This document shows, piece after piece, positions 27,801 to 38,683 of a DNA stretch of 64,000 nucleotides. Every line of letters begins with the position of its first letter. The stretch's first letter is position 1. The stretch lies in assembly GCA_045612645.1 (NCBI GenBank), contig JAZKZL010000324.1, positions 368 through 64,367 on the forward strand, in the 5' to 3' direction. A program made the position numbers and the translations under genes. The DNA comes from Oscillospiraceae bacterium. Its GTDB lineage: Bacteria > Bacillota > Clostridia > Oscillospirales > Ruminococcaceae. Under the pieces are notes generated by a model. That model had not been told where the DNA came from. It made no database searches and saw only the letters and a list, made by a program, of their open reading frames with translations.

Positions 27801-27829
27801 TTGAAATTTTCTTTAAAATATGATATACT
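27801..27829 (+). promoter_or_regulatory. SigA promoter of gyrB
   Basis: TTGAAA-17-TATACT with TG extension. Confidence 0.7.
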
Positions 27830-27945
27830 ATATATAATATTGGTGATAATGGAAAATGTTTTTTTATCACTATAAAAATAATCAGTTTAGTGAAAGGCAA
27901 GGATGACTTGTTTATCCTTGCCCTGTTTATTTCACGGAGGGTAAT

Positions 27946-29934
27946 ATGGCAGAAAATGAAAAGGCACTGGACGTCAACTATGGCGCCGATGATATTCAGG
28001 TCTTAAAGGGACTTGAAGCGGTAAGAAAGCGTCCCGGTATGTATGTCGGTTCTTCGGGTGAGGGTGGTCTGCATCATCTCGTTTATGAGATCGTGGATAA
28101 CTCCATTGATGAGGCGCTGGCAGGCTATTGTACCGAGATCGACGTATCTATTCTTCCCGATAACGTTATCCGTGTTATAGATAACGGTCGTGGTATTCCT
28201 ACTGCGATAAATCATGCAGAGGGCATTTCTGCAGCTACTGTCGTATTTACCATACTCCATGCGGGCGGTAAATTTGGCGGCGGCGGATACAAGGTAGCAG
28301 GTGGTCTGCACGGTGTTGGTGCGTCTGTAGTAAACGCTCTGTCCGAGTGGCTGGAAGTCGAGATCCACGACGGTAAGAATGTTCATTTCCAGCATTTTGA
28401 CCGTGGTGAATATACCGAAGAGATAAAGATAATCGGTTCAACCGATCATACAGGTACACAGGTAACATTCAAGCCTGATTCCGAAATATTCCATACAACG
28501 GAATTCAGATATGATACACTGCAGGAAAGACTTCGTGAGAAAGCATTCCTGAATGGTGGCCTGAAAATAAACCTTTCAGATCTGCGTGATCCAGAGAATC
28601 CTGTGCGTGAGGTAATGCAGTACGAGGGCGGTATCATGAGCTATATTGAATGGCTCAATAAAAAGCGTGGCGCTGATGTTCTGCATCCCGATGTAATCTT
28701 CTTGCATGGTGAGATGAATGGTATCGATGTGGAGATTGCATTCCAGTATACTACCGACTTTAACAGTGAAGTGTTCCGTTCTTTTGCGAATAATATTCAC
28801 ACAGGTGAAGGTGGTACTCACGAGCTTGGTCTGAAGAAGGCTCTCAGCAAGGTTATAAACGACTATGCCAAGGCTTATAAGGAAGCCAATGAGAAGAATA
28901 AGATCAAGAAGGCAACCAAGAAGAAGGAAGATGAAAAGCCTTTTACCGGTTTCAGCGGCGAGGCAATCAGAGAAGCTATCAATGCTATCATCTCTGTAAA
29001 GCTTCCTGAGTGTGAGTTTGAAGGTCAGACAAAGGGTAAACTGGGCAATCCTGAAGTACAGCCCGTTGTTTATAAGATTGCTACTGAGCAGCTGACATAT
29101 TATTTTGAAGAGCATCCCGAGACAGCTATGATAATTATGAACAAGGCTATCAATTCTCAGGCTGCCCGTGACGCTGCAAAGCGCGCTATGGAAGCTAAGC
29201 GTAAGTCTGTTATGGATAGCAACGGTCTGCCCGGAAAGCTCGCTGACTGCTCTGAATCCGATCCTACAAAGACCGAAATATATATCGTAGAGGGAGACTC
29301 TGCAGGCGGTTCTGCTAAGAGCGGCAGAGACAGACGTTTCCAGGCTATTCTATCCCTTTGGGGTAAGATGCTCAATGTTGAGAAGGCAAGAGCAGATAAG
29401 GTATATAATAACGATAAGCTGTCTCCTGTGGTTAAAGCACTGGGAACAGGTATCGCTGAGGATTTTGATATTTCAAAGCTGCGTTATGGCAGAGTGGTTA
29501 TTATGGCCGATGCCGATGTAGACGGTATGCATATCAGAACGCTGCTGCTGACATTCTTCTTCCGCTTTATGCGTCCGCTGCTGGAACAGGGTCATGTTTA
29601 CTGTGCACAGCCTCCGCTGTTCAAGGTTTGGAGAGGCAAGCAGGTCAGATATGCTTTCTCTGATGAGGAAAGAGATCAGTACATTGCAGAGCTTATGGGT
29701 GATAATCCTAATGCTAAGGTAGATGTACAGCGTTATAAAGGTCTTGGTGAGATGGATCCCGATCAGCTTTGGGAGACCACAATGAATCCCGAGACCCGTA
29801 CAATGCTCCGTGTAAGCGTTGAGGATGCTGCAAAGGCTGATGAGATCATGACTATACTCATGGGCGATAAGGTAGAGCCTCGCCGTGAATTTATTGAAAA
29901 GAATGCAAAGCTGGCAGTTAATCTCGATATCTGA
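27946..29934 (+). CDS. gyrB: DNA gyrase subunit B
   Basis: LEAVRKRPGMY, EIVDNSIDE, GLHGVG, VEGDSAGG, MADADVDG and QRYKGLGEM motifs. Confidence 0.98.
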   Translation: MAENEKALDVNYGADDIQVLKGLEAVRKRPGMYVGSSGEGGLHHLVYEIVDNSIDEALAGYCTEIDVSILPDNVIRVIDNGRGIPTAINHAEGISAATVVFTILHAGGKFGGGGYKVAGGLHGVGASVVNALSEWLEVEIHDGKNVHFQHFDRGEYTEEIKIIGSTDHTGTQVTFKPDSEIFHTTEFRYDTLQERLREKAFLNGGLKINLSDLRDPENPVREVMQYEGGIMSYIEWLNKKRGADVLHPDVIFLHGEMNGIDVEIAFQYTTDFNSEVFRSFANNIHTGEGGTHELGLKKALSKVINDYAKAYKEANEKNKIKKATKKKEDEKPFTGFSGEAIREAINAIISVKLPECEFEGQTKGKLGNPEVQPVVYKIATEQLTYYFEEHPETAMIIMNKAINSQAARDAAKRAMEAKRKSVMDSNGLPGKLADCSESDPTKTEIYIVEGDSAGGSAKSGRDRRFQAILSLWGKMLNVEKARADKVYNNDKLSPVVKALGTGIAEDFDISKLRYGRVVIMADADVDGMHIRTLLLTFFFRFMRPLLEQGHVYCAQPPLFKVWRGKQVRYAFSDEERDQYIAELMGDNPNAKVDVQRYKGLGEMDPDQLWETTMNPETRTMLRVSVEDAAKADEIMTILMGDKVEPRREFIEKNAKLAVNLDI

Positions 29935-29953
29935 TCAATAAGGAGTGATATTT

Positions 29954-30571
29954 GTGCCGGGACTTATCCCTGATCTTGGCAGCTTTAATGATGAGAGCAT
30001 GGCCCCCGAGCCGCTTCTCAGCTTCTGCTATGACAATACACTTGAAGAGATAGATGGAGCACTGAAGTCATATCAGCAGAAATACGGCACCAAAAGACGT
30101 GCTGTGCTGCTGATAGCGTATTGTATACTTACAATTGCTTCGATCGTTCTGATAATTCTGGATCATAAGAATATATTGCCTTATGCAGCACTTGTATTCT
30201 GCGTATTCAATCTTTACTTCAATCTCACTGATAAGAAAAGAATGAGAAAGAAGATAATAGAGGCTATTAAAGACACAAATCCCGAGGATTATACCGCAGC
30301 AGTTTATGATGACAAGATCGAGATCAATACTATAATCAAACCTAAAGAAAACGAGATAAAAATGGATGAGGAGAATAATGATATTGAAAATATCGCTCCT
30401 ATCAAAAGCGTTTTCATATTTGGTACGGATATGCTGGATTTTGCTGAAAATGAAGATTCTCTGCTGCTGATAGCCGCAAGACGTCAGACATACTGTTTCC
30501 CTAAACGCTGTCTTACAAAGGAGCAGGAGGACAAGCTCCGAGATATTCTTATTGAAAAGACAGAAATGTGA
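29954..30571 (+). CDS. YcxB-like membrane protein (two TM helices plus a C-terminal domain)
   Basis: Two hydrophobic segments; C-terminal ENEDSLLLI...YCFPKRCL pattern; GTG start after AGGAG. Confidence 0.6.
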   Translation: MPGLIPDLGSFNDESMAPEPLLSFCYDNTLEEIDGALKSYQQKYGTKRRAVLLIAYCILTIASIVLIILDHKNILPYAALVFCVFNLYFNLTDKKRMRKKIIEAIKDTNPEDYTAAVYDDKIEINTIIKPKENEIKMDEENNDIENIAPIKSVFIFGTDMLDFAENEDSLLLIAARRQTYCFPKRCLTKEQEDKLRDILIEKTEM

Positions 30572-30615
30572 TTTGACTTTTTACTGGGATATATGATATA
30601 TCTCAAGGAGGAAAA

Positions 30616-33249
30616 ATGGATATTGATTTCAGTTCAGAAAAGCTTATAAATATTGACCTTGAGGAAACTATGAAGGATTCCTTTATACAGTACGCAATGT
30701 CGGTAATAACATCCAGAGCGCTGCCTGATGTGCGTGACGGTCTGAAGCCTGTTCACAGACGTATAATATATACAATGAACGAGGCCGGAAACACTTCGGA
30801 TAAAGCTACCCGTAAGTGTGCCTATACCGTTGGTGAAGTGCTGGGTAAATATCATCCCCATGGTGACGCTTCTGTATATGATGCACTGGTTCGTCTGGCG
30901 CAGGATTTCTCTCTGCGTTATCCACTGATCCAGGGTCAGGGTAACTTCGGTTCAGTAGACGGTGATCCCGCTGCTGCTTACCGTTACACCGAGGCTAAGC
31001 TTGCAAAGATCTCGGATGAGATGATCCGTGATATAAACAAGAAGGTCGTTGATTTTACAACAAACTATGATGATAAGCTGCAGGAGCCTGTAGTTCTGCC
31101 TTCCCGTTTCCCTAATCTGCTGGTAAACGGTAGTAATGGTATTGCTGTAGGTATGGCAACTAATATTCCTCCCCATAATCTTGGAGAGGTAATTGACGCT
31201 ATCCTGCTTATGATAGAGGATCCTGAGGCTACTATTGAGGATATCATGACTAAAATACAGGGTCCTGATTTCCCCACCGGCGGTATTATCATGGGTTATA
31301 GTGGCATCCGTTCCGCATACTATACAGGTCGCGGTAAGATAATCCTGCGTGGCAGAGCGGAGATCGTTGAGGAAAATAACCATACCAGGATCATTATCAA
31401 TGAGATCCCGTATATGGTGAATAAAGCTCGTCTGCTGATGAGTATCGGTGATCTTGTTCGTGATAAGCGTATCGAGGGCATTTCTGTTGTTCGTGATGAA
31501 TCCGACAGAAACGGTATGCGTATCGTTATCGAACTCAAGCGTGACGCAAATGCAAACGTTGTTCTGAATAAGCTGTATTCCTATACTCAGCTTCAGGATA
31601 CTGTCGGTGTTATTATGCTTGCACTGGTGGATGGTCAGCCTAAGATACTACCTCTGCGTGATATGCTGCAGCAGTATATCAATTTCCAGGTTGAGGTAGT
31701 TACAAGACGTACAAAGTATGATCTTGAAAAGGCCCAGGAGCGTGCGCATATTCTTGAAGGTTTCCTGCTTGCTATAGACTTTATTGACGAAGTAATTGCT
31801 ATCGTTCGTCATAGTAAGACTCTTCAGGAAGCAAAGGATCGCCTTGTTGAGCGCTTCAAGAATGTTGATGTGTCAAAATCAGGTCTTTTCCCGACAGGAA
31901 CTTATTCTCTTACTGAGGCTCAGGCGGATGCTATCGTTCAGATGCGTATCGGTCAGCTGACAGGTATGGAAGAATCAAAGATCGCTGATGAGCTGGGAGA
32001 AAAGAGAGAGCTTATTGCTGAATATATGGCTCTGCTTTCTGATAATGGAAAGATGCTGCATCAGATCGGTACAGAACTTGAGGCTATAAAGAAGAAGTAC
32101 AACGATGCAAGAAGAACATCTATCGAGCCTGTAAGCGGTGAGGTAGATATTGAGGATCTGATCCCTGTTGAGGACTGCGTTGTTACTTATACAAATATCG
32201 GTTACATCAAGCGTCAGCCTGTGGAGATATATAATATTCAGAAACGCGGCGGCCGTGGTGTTTCGGGTATGAAACAGCGAGATGAGGATTTTGTGGAAAA
32301 TATGTTTATTTCTTCCAGCCATGAAAATATCCTCTTTATCACAAATCAGGGCAATATGCACCGTATCAAGTGTTATGAGATACCTGAGGGCGGTAGACAG
32401 TCCCGTGGTATGAATATCGTTAATCTGCTGCAGCTTAATGAGGGCGAACAGGTTGCTGCGATGATGACCACCAACGATTTCGCTGATAACAAGTATTTCA
32501 TCTGTATCACTAAGAAGGGTATCGTAAAAAGAACAAATCTTTCTGAATATAAGAATATCCGTAAGAGAGGTCTGCGTGCTATCACTGTTGCAGAGGATGA
32601 CGAGATAGTATCTGCATTCCTTACTGAGGGCGACTGTACGATCCTTGTTGCTACAAGAAATGGTATGTCTCTAAGATTTGACGAGACAAAGGTAAGACCG
32701 CTCGGCAGAGGTGCAAGAGGCGTTCGTGCTATCAAGCTGCGTGATGAGGATTATGTAGTTGGTGCTACAAAGATATTTGATGATCAGGCTACGATCCTTA
32801 CTGTTACAGATAAGGGTATGGGACGTCGTTGTGCAATCAGCAGCTATCGTCTGCAGAACAGAGGCGGTTTTGGTCTGAAGAATTATCCTGTAAGTGATGA
32901 AAAGGGATATGTATGCGGAATCAGAACACTTGGTCCTGATGATGATGTTATTCTTATCAGTACAGATGGTGTAATTATTCGTTTCCGTGCAAATGATCTG
33001 CGTACAATGGGCAGACCCGCTTCGGGTGTTCGAGTAATGCGTCTTGGTGAGGACAGCAGAGTAGCCTCCTTTACAAGAACAGCTCATGACGAGGATGAGG
33101 AAACAACAGAGATCGAAAAGGTTTCCGATGAGGAGATCGCGGCTTCTCTCAGTGCTGAGGCAAGCGAGATCGTAGAGCCTGATGTGGAGCCTAACGATGA
33201 TGAAGAAACTCAGGGTCAGGAGGAAATAACTCCTGATGATGAAGAATAA
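30616..33249 (+). CDS. gyrA: DNA gyrase subunit A
   Basis: RALPDVRDGLKPVHRR, YHPHGD, AAYRYTE, GyrA-box QKRGGRG and an acidic tail. Confidence 0.98.
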   Translation: MDIDFSSEKLINIDLEETMKDSFIQYAMSVITSRALPDVRDGLKPVHRRIIYTMNEAGNTSDKATRKCAYTVGEVLGKYHPHGDASVYDALVRLAQDFSLRYPLIQGQGNFGSVDGDPAAAYRYTEAKLAKISDEMIRDINKKVVDFTTNYDDKLQEPVVLPSRFPNLLVNGSNGIAVGMATNIPPHNLGEVIDAILLMIEDPEATIEDIMTKIQGPDFPTGGIIMGYSGIRSAYYTGRGKIILRGRAEIVEENNHTRIIINEIPYMVNKARLLMSIGDLVRDKRIEGISVVRDESDRNGMRIVIELKRDANANVVLNKLYSYTQLQDTVGVIMLALVDGQPKILPLRDMLQQYINFQVEVVTRRTKYDLEKAQERAHILEGFLLAIDFIDEVIAIVRHSKTLQEAKDRLVERFKNVDVSKSGLFPTGTYSLTEAQADAIVQMRIGQLTGMEESKIADELGEKRELIAEYMALLSDNGKMLHQIGTELEAIKKKYNDARRTSIEPVSGEVDIEDLIPVEDCVVTYTNIGYIKRQPVEIYNIQKRGGRGVSGMKQRDEDFVENMFISSSHENILFITNQGNMHRIKCYEIPEGGRQSRGMNIVNLLQLNEGEQVAAMMTTNDFADNKYFICITKKGIVKRTNLSEYKNIRKRGLRAITVAEDDEIVSAFLTEGDCTILVATRNGMSLRFDETKVRPLGRGARGVRAIKLRDEDYVVGATKIFDDQATILTVTDKGMGRRCAISSYRLQNRGGFGLKNYPVSDEKGYVCGIRTLGPDDDVILISTDGVIIRFRANDLRTMGRPASGVRVMRLGEDSRVASFTRTAHDEDEETTEIEKVSDEEIAASLSAEASEIVEPDVEPNDDEETQGQEEITPDDEE

Positions 33250-33259
33250 TTGAATATCT

Positions 33260-33298
33260 GCGCCCGGGCAGGGGAAACCCATGTTCGGGCGTGTTTTG
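33260..33298 (+). terminator. Terminator-like hairpin after gyrA
   Basis: gcgcccgggca...tgttcgggcgt followed by gtttt. Confidence 0.6.
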
Positions 33299-33302
33299 TG
33301 AT

Positions 33303-33318
33303 TGTTCCATGTGGAACA
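33303..33318. other. parS site
   Basis: TGTTCCATGTGGAACA, near-palindrome close to the consensus TGTTNCACGTGAAACA. Confidence 0.9.
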
Positions 33319-33350
33319 AATGAAATAATATGTCGAAAGGAAGATGACCG

Positions 33351-35243
33351 ATGGCAACAGGATATACTCTTGAAGAGTATGATGTTGTGGTTATAGGAGC
33401 AGGTCATGCGGGCTGTGAAGCTGCTCTTGCAGCTGCAAGGCTCGGAATGAAAACTGCTATATTCACACTGTCGCTGGATTGTATCGCAAATATGCCGTGT
33501 AATCCATGTATTGGCGGATCGGCTAAGGGACAGATAGTGTGTGAGATAGATTCTCTCGGTGGCGAGATGGGTAGGGCAGCAGATGCGACCTTTATTCAAT
33601 CCCGTATGCTGAACAGAGGAAAGGGACCTGCGGTGCATAGCCTCAGAGTACAGAGTGACCGTACAAAATATCATCTGTATATGAAGAAGTGCCTGGAGGA
33701 TACACCAAATCTGTATATAAAACAGGCTGAAGTGGTTTCGGTTGAGGTGGAGGATGGGAAGATCACTGCGGTGCTCACAAAACTGGGTGCAATTCATCCT
33801 TGCAAGGCTGCGATAATCACTACCGGTACTTATCTGAATGGAAAAATTCACATCGGTGAGCTGAATTATGAGGCGGGACCTGATAATGTACTGCCATCAA
33901 CTGGTCTTACAGAATGTCTGAAAAATCTTGGATGCACCATGCGTAGATTTAAGACCGGTACTCCTGCGAGAGTGCATAAGCGTTCTATAAATTTCGATGT
34001 ATTGGAAAAGCAGGTAGGTGATGATGAGATCATCCCGTTTGCTTTCGATAATGAGGAAAAACTTGAGAATATCGTAGATTGCTATGTTTCCTATACAAAT
34101 GCTGAGACTCATAAGGTGATCCTCGATAATTTACACAGATCTCCGCTGTATTCGGGTAGGATAGAGGGTGTTGGGCCTCGTTATTGCCCGAGCATTGAGG
34201 ATAAGATAGTGCGATTCAAGGAAAAGGAGCGTCATCAGCTGTTTCTTGAACCCATGGGTCTTGATACTGATGAATATTATGTTCAAGGCATGAGTTCTTC
34301 ACTGCCTGAGGATGTGCAGCTGAAGTTTATGCGAACTATCAAAGGTCTGGAAAATGTTGAGATAATGCGACCTGCATATGCTATCGAATATGATTGCTGC
34401 GATCCTCTTGAATTGCTGCCAACTCTTGAATTTAAAAAGATTTCAGGATTATATGGTGCAGGTCAGTTTAATTGCACTAGCGGTTATGAGGAGGCTGCTG
34501 CTCAGGGCATCATTGCAGGAATTAATGCAGCAAGAAAGATAGCAGGTAATGAGGCTGTAATTCTTGACAGAGCATCCAGTTATATCGGAACATTGATAGA
34601 TGATCTGGTTACAAAGGGATGCACCGAGCCTTATCGTATGATGACTTCACGAAGTGAATATCGGCTCATTCTTAGGCAGGATAATGCGGCTGAAAGACTG
34701 TTGCCGTTAGGTCATAAAATAGGCTTAGTTTCTGATGAGAGATATCAAAAGTATCTTGATGAAAGAAAACAGGTGGAAGACGAGCTTGAACGAGTGCGTA
34801 TAACAACTATACACGCTTCTGAAAAGCTTAATGAGCTGCTTGTTTCCAGGGGTACAAGTCCACTTACAAACGGCATCAGAATGATCGAGTTGCTGAAAAG
34901 ACCGCAGGTTGCTTATGAGGATCTCAAACCGTTTGATAAAAAACGTCCTGAATTGAAGCCGTCTCTGATCAATAAGATAGAGATAGAACTGAAATATTCG
35001 GGATATATCAAGATCCAACAGGAGCAGATAGATAAGATGCGCAAACTTGAATCGAAGATTCTTCCTGCGGATGTGGATTATAAGACAATAAAAGGTTTGC
35101 GTCTTGAAGCGCAGGAAAAGCTGAATAAGTTCAGACCGCTGAATGTCGGACAGGCAGGACGTATTTCAGGCGTGAATCCTGCAGATGTTTCGGTGCTTCT
35201 GATATGGCTCGCAGGAAAGGGAGGTAATGATGGACAGAATTAA
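33351..35243 (+). CDS. mnmG: tRNA uridine 5-carboxymethylaminomethyl modification enzyme MnmG (GidA)
   Basis: [33 protein letters not shown] and [14 protein letters not shown] motifs. Confidence 0.98.
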   Translation: MATGYTLEEYDVVVIGAGHAGCEAALAAARLGMKTAIFTLSLDCIANMPCNPCIGGSAKGQIVCEIDSLGGEMGRAADATFIQSRMLNRGKGPAVHSLRVQSDRTKYHLYMKKCLEDTPNLYIKQAEVVSVEVEDGKITAVLTKLGAIHPCKAAIITTGTYLNGKIHIGELNYEAGPDNVLPSTGLTECLKNLGCTMRRFKTGTPARVHKRSINFDVLEKQVGDDEIIPFAFDNEEKLENIVDCYVSYTNAETHKVILDNLHRSPLYSGRIEGVGPRYCPSIEDKIVRFKEKERHQLFLEPMGLDTDEYYVQGMSSSLPEDVQLKFMRTIKGLENVEIMRPAYAIEYDCCDPLELLPTLEFKKISGLYGAGQFNCTSGYEEAAAQGIIAGINAARKIAGNEAVILDRASSYIGTLIDDLVTKGCTEPYRMMTSRSEYRLILRQDNAAERLLPLGHKIGLVSDERYQKYLDERKQVEDELERVRITTIHASEKLNELLVSRGTSPLTNGIRMIELLKRPQVAYEDLKPFDKKRPELKPSLINKIEIELKYSGYIKIQQEQIDKMRKLESKILPADVDYKTIKGLRLEAQEKLNKFRPLNVGQAGRISGVNPADVSVLLIWLAGKGGNDGQN

Positions 35244-35928
35244 ATATGTGCAGGATACGTTCCTTTCGGCTAAAATCTCTATAACCACTGAAATGTCTGA
35301 GCAGTATGTAAAGCTCTGCGATTTTATGGTGGAGTATAACAAGAATGTAAATCTCACAGCTATAACAGAATTTGAGGATGTGGTGATGAAGCATTTTGTT
35401 GATAGTGTTCTGCCGTTTACAATGGTTGATATCGAACAGGGCAGCAGCTTTATTGATGTTGGTACAGGGGCAGGTTTTCCTTCACTGCCGCTTCTGATAT
35501 ATCGTTCCGATCTGAAAGGCACTCTGTGCGACAGTCTTAATAAAAGGTGTGTTTATCTTGAAAAGGCTTGTGCAGAAATAGGTGTTAAGGCGAAGATCAT
35601 TCATGCGAGAAGTGAGGAATTGGGCAGAAAACTGAGAGAAAAGTTTGATTTCTCCACAGCCAGAGCAGTTGCAGCAATGCCTGTACTCATGGAATACTGT
35701 ATGCCGTTTGTTAAGGTTGGAGGTAGGTTCATAGCATTGAAGTCAGTGAATGAAGATATGTCTGCTGCTGATAATGCTGCTGGACTTCTGGGCGGAGAGA
35801 ATCCTGCTGTAACTGATTATAAGCTTCCCAACGGTGATGACAGGCGTCTTGTCATAACAAAAAAAGTAAGACAGACTCCGACAAAATATCCGAGGACAAC
35901 AGCTAATATTGCAAAGAAGCCGCTTTGA
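35227..35928 (+). CDS. rsmG: 16S rRNA m7G527 methyltransferase RsmG (GidB)
   Basis: [26 protein letters not shown] and TPTKYPR motifs. Confidence 0.97.
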   Translation: MMDRIKYVQDTFLSAKISITTEMSEQYVKLCDFMVEYNKNVNLTAITEFEDVVMKHFVDSVLPFTMVDIEQGSSFIDVGTGAGFPSLPLLIYRSDLKGTLCDSLNKRCVYLEKACAEIGVKAKIIHARSEELGRKLREKFDFSTARAVAAMPVLMEYCMPFVKVGGRFIALKSVNEDMSAADNAAGLLGGENPAVTDYKLPNGDDRRLVITKKVRQTPTKYPRTTANIAKKPL

Positions 35929-36047
35929 TGCGGCTTTTTTTGTTGGCTAATATCATGATATGTCGGGAAATGCGATATTTTTCTGTAGATAATATTTCCA
36001 TCTGATGTTAGAATAGAGATATAATAACAGGGAGGAATTAATATATT

Positions 36048-36866
36048 ATGATGTTTATAAACAGGGAAAAGGTTGTACATAAGGTGGTTATGCTGCCATT
36101 AGCAAATATCATTCCTAATAAGGCTCAGCCAAGAAAGTATTTCGATGAGAATGAACTGCATCAGCTTTCCAAAAGCATTCAGGAAAACGGTGTTCTTCAG
36201 CCGATTTGTGTGAGAAAAACAGGCGTAACATACGAAATAATAAGTGGGGAGCGTCGATGCAGGGCATCTAAAATGGCTGGACTTGCTGAAGTTCCTTGTA
36301 TCGTGATGGAAGTAAACGAGGAAAGATCAGCTGTACTTGCTCTTATCGAAAATATACAGCGCAGTGATCTCAGTTTCTTTGAGGAGGCTATTGCTATTAA
36401 TGAGCTTATCAATGTCTATGGATTGACTCAACAGGAGGCTGCTAAACGTTTGGGGAAAGCCCAGTCTACTATTGCAAATAAACTTAGATTGCTTCGTTTT
36501 ACTGATGCAGAGCGTAATATTCTGGCAGGCAGCGAACTTTCAGAACGTCAGGCTAGAGCACTGATTCGTATTGATGATGTTGATAAACGAATTAAAATTC
36601 TGCGTGATGTTGTAAGCAAGCGACTGAATCTAGAACAGACCGAATCGCTAGTTGAAGTTGCTTTGAACGGCGAGAGTAGAAGATCAATAGCGAAGAAGAC
36701 CAATATTTTCAATATACCGCTGCCTAAGGTTTATATCAACAGCATTAATCAGATAATCAGCCGCATGAAAAGCAATAATATCTATTGCGAAACATTTACA
36801 AAACAGAATGACAGATATTTTGAATATACAATAAAGATCCCCGTTGCTGTCGATATGTGCAAATAA
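36048..36866 (+). CDS. noc: ParB-like nucleoid occlusion protein Noc
   Basis: QPRKYF, GERRCRA, ALIENIQR and HTH GKAQSTIANKLRLL; rsmG-noc-parA-parB synteny. Confidence 0.85.
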   Translation: MMFINREKVVHKVVMLPLANIIPNKAQPRKYFDENELHQLSKSIQENGVLQPICVRKTGVTYEIISGERRCRASKMAGLAEVPCIVMEVNEERSAVLALIENIQRSDLSFFEEAIAINELINVYGLTQQEAAKRLGKAQSTIANKLRLLRFTDAERNILAGSELSERQARALIRIDDVDKRIKILRDVVSKRLNLEQTESLVEVALNGESRRSIAKKTNIFNIPLPKVYINSINQIISRMKSNNIYCETFTKQNDRYFEYTIKIPVAVDMCK

Positions 36867-36869
36867 CAA

Positions 36870-36885
36870 CGTTCCACGTGGAACA
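36870..36885. other. parS site
   Basis: CGTTCCACGTGGAACA. Confidence 0.9.
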
Positions 36886-36907
36886 TTTCGATGTATTTGT
36901 CGAAAAT

Positions 36908-36923
36908 TGTTCCATGTGGAACA
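36908..36923. other. parS site
   Basis: TGTTCCATGTGGAACA, identical to the 33303 site. Confidence 0.9.
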
Positions 36924-37001
36924 TTTTTTTGAAAAACCCTTTATTTTTCGACAGAACTGTGATATACTATATAAGTAACATAATGTAAAGGGGGAAAAGC
37001 T

Positions 37002-37790
37002 TTGGGCATTGTTATAGGTGTAGTAAATCAAAAAGGCGGTGTCGGTAAGACAACAACTGCAGTCAATGTTGCAGCAGGGCTTGGAGCATTGGGTAAAAGA
37101 GTGCTTCTGATCGATTTTGACCCGCAGGGGAATGCGACAACAGGTTTCGGAATAAAGAAAAAAACTCTCGATGCAACTACATACGAAGTTATAATGGGAG
37201 ACAAGCGTCCTCAGGAGGTTATTGTCAGCACAAGATATAAGAATGTGCGGATAATGCCTGCCACAAATCAGTTGTGCGAGGCTGAACTGCAGCTTTCAAA
37301 TGTTGAGCAGAGAAATCATCAGCTCAGAAAGGTGATACTGCAGATAAAAGATGAATATGATATCATTATTGTGGATTGCCTGCCATCGCTGGGTATACTT
37401 GCAATAAACGCGTTAGTGGCATGTGATGCAATAATCGTCCCAATGGTATGCGAGCCGTTTGCAATGGAGGGTCTGGCACAGCTTATTCAGACAATGAAAA
37501 AGGTAAAACGCGCTGTGAATAAGGATCTTCAGCTTATGGGAATCGTATTTACGATGCTGGATAAGAGACTGCTTGCTAGCAACGAGATCATGCGTGATAT
37601 CAAGAGAAACTTCTCGCCTGATTCGTTCTTCAATACGGAGATACCTAGAAATGTACGCATAACTGAAGCACAAAGCCACGGCGAGCCGATACTCTATTAC
37701 GACAAGAACTCCAAGGGCGGAGACGCTTACAAGAGATTGTCAAAGGAGATTCTTGCGAAGTGTCGTGAAATGGAGAAGAAACATGGCTAA
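37002..37790 (+). CDS. parA: ParA/Soj ATPase
   Basis: NQKGGVGKTTT, DFDPQGNAT and IPRNVRITEAQSHG motifs; TTG start. Confidence 0.96.
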   Translation: MGIVIGVVNQKGGVGKTTTAVNVAAGLGALGKRVLLIDFDPQGNATTGFGIKKKTLDATTYEVIMGDKRPQEVIVSTRYKNVRIMPATNQLCEAELQLSNVEQRNHQLRKVILQIKDEYDIIIVDCLPSLGILAINALVACDAIIVPMVCEPFAMEGLAQLIQTMKKVKRAVNKDLQLMGIVFTMLDKRLLASNEIMRDIKRNFSPDSFFNTEIPRNVRITEAQSHGEPILYYDKNSKGGDAYKRLSKEILAKCREMEKKHG

Positions 37791-38634
37791 AAGAAGGATA
37801 AACAGTAATTTCAGCAGTATTTTCGATGACAACAGCATTATGGAGGATAGTGAGAATTTAAGCACACTCCGTATAACTGAGATTGAACCAAATAAAAATC
37901 AGCCGAGAAAGAATTTTGATAAAGAAGCTCTTGAACAGCTTGCATCTTCTATCAGAGAGAACGGTGTGCTACAGCCGCTGCTGGTAAGGCCGCTTTCTAC
38001 AGGCAATTATCAGATAATTGCAGGTGAGCGCCGTTGGAGAGCATCTAAGATTGCAGGTCTGAGCGAGATACCCGTTGTTATCCGAGATGATCTCACTGAG
38101 GAACAGGTAATGCAGATCGCTCTGATAGAGAACCTGCAGCGCGAGAATCTTAATCCTATTGAAGAAGCAATGGGATACAAGGAACTTATCGATAATTATA
38201 AGATGACTCAGGATGAGCTTGCGAAATCTCTTGGAAAAGCTAGATCATCTATTGCAAATTCTCTTGGTCTGCTTACTCTGCCAAAGAGCGTAAAGGATCT
38301 GCTGGCTGGCGGCGAGCTTTCCGCAGGACACTGCAAGGCTCTGAAGTCAATAAAAGATCCTGCGCTGATGACAGAGATCGCATTCCGTGCGGCAGATGGC
38401 GAACTCAGCGTGCGCAGCATTGAAGCGATAGCAAAGCGTGAGGCAAAGAAGAACGAAGAAAAGGACGAGATCAAGCCGAGATTGTCCTATTATACCGAGG
38501 TGGAGCTTAGCCTTGCAGAGCTGCTTGCAACGAAGGTAAGGATTGTTGAGGGAAAGAAGACCAATACTATTCAGATAAACTTCGATGATAAAGAACAGCT
38601 TGAAGGTATAATGAAAGCACTTATGAAGAACTAA
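37783..38634 (+). CDS. parB: ParB/Spo0J partition protein
   Basis: QPRKNF, IIAGERRWRA and ALIENLQRENLNPIEEA motifs; ATG 37783 overlaps the parA end. Confidence 0.96.
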   Translation: MAKRRINSNFSSIFDDNSIMEDSENLSTLRITEIEPNKNQPRKNFDKEALEQLASSIRENGVLQPLLVRPLSTGNYQIIAGERRWRASKIAGLSEIPVVIRDDLTEEQVMQIALIENLQRENLNPIEEAMGYKELIDNYKMTQDELAKSLGKARSSIANSLGLLTLPKSVKDLLAGGELSAGHCKALKSIKDPALMTEIAFRAADGELSVRSIEAIAKREAKKNEEKDEIKPRLSYYTEVELSLAELLATKVRIVEGKKTNTIQINFDDKEQLEGIMKALMKN

Positions 38635-38683
38635 TACAGGAATAAAACCTGAAAAATACAGTAATCAAAGGAAGGCAAACACC

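Noticed and set aside
38635-38683. T-box leader before serS
   Set aside because: Only 49 bp of intergenic DNA and no T-box motif.
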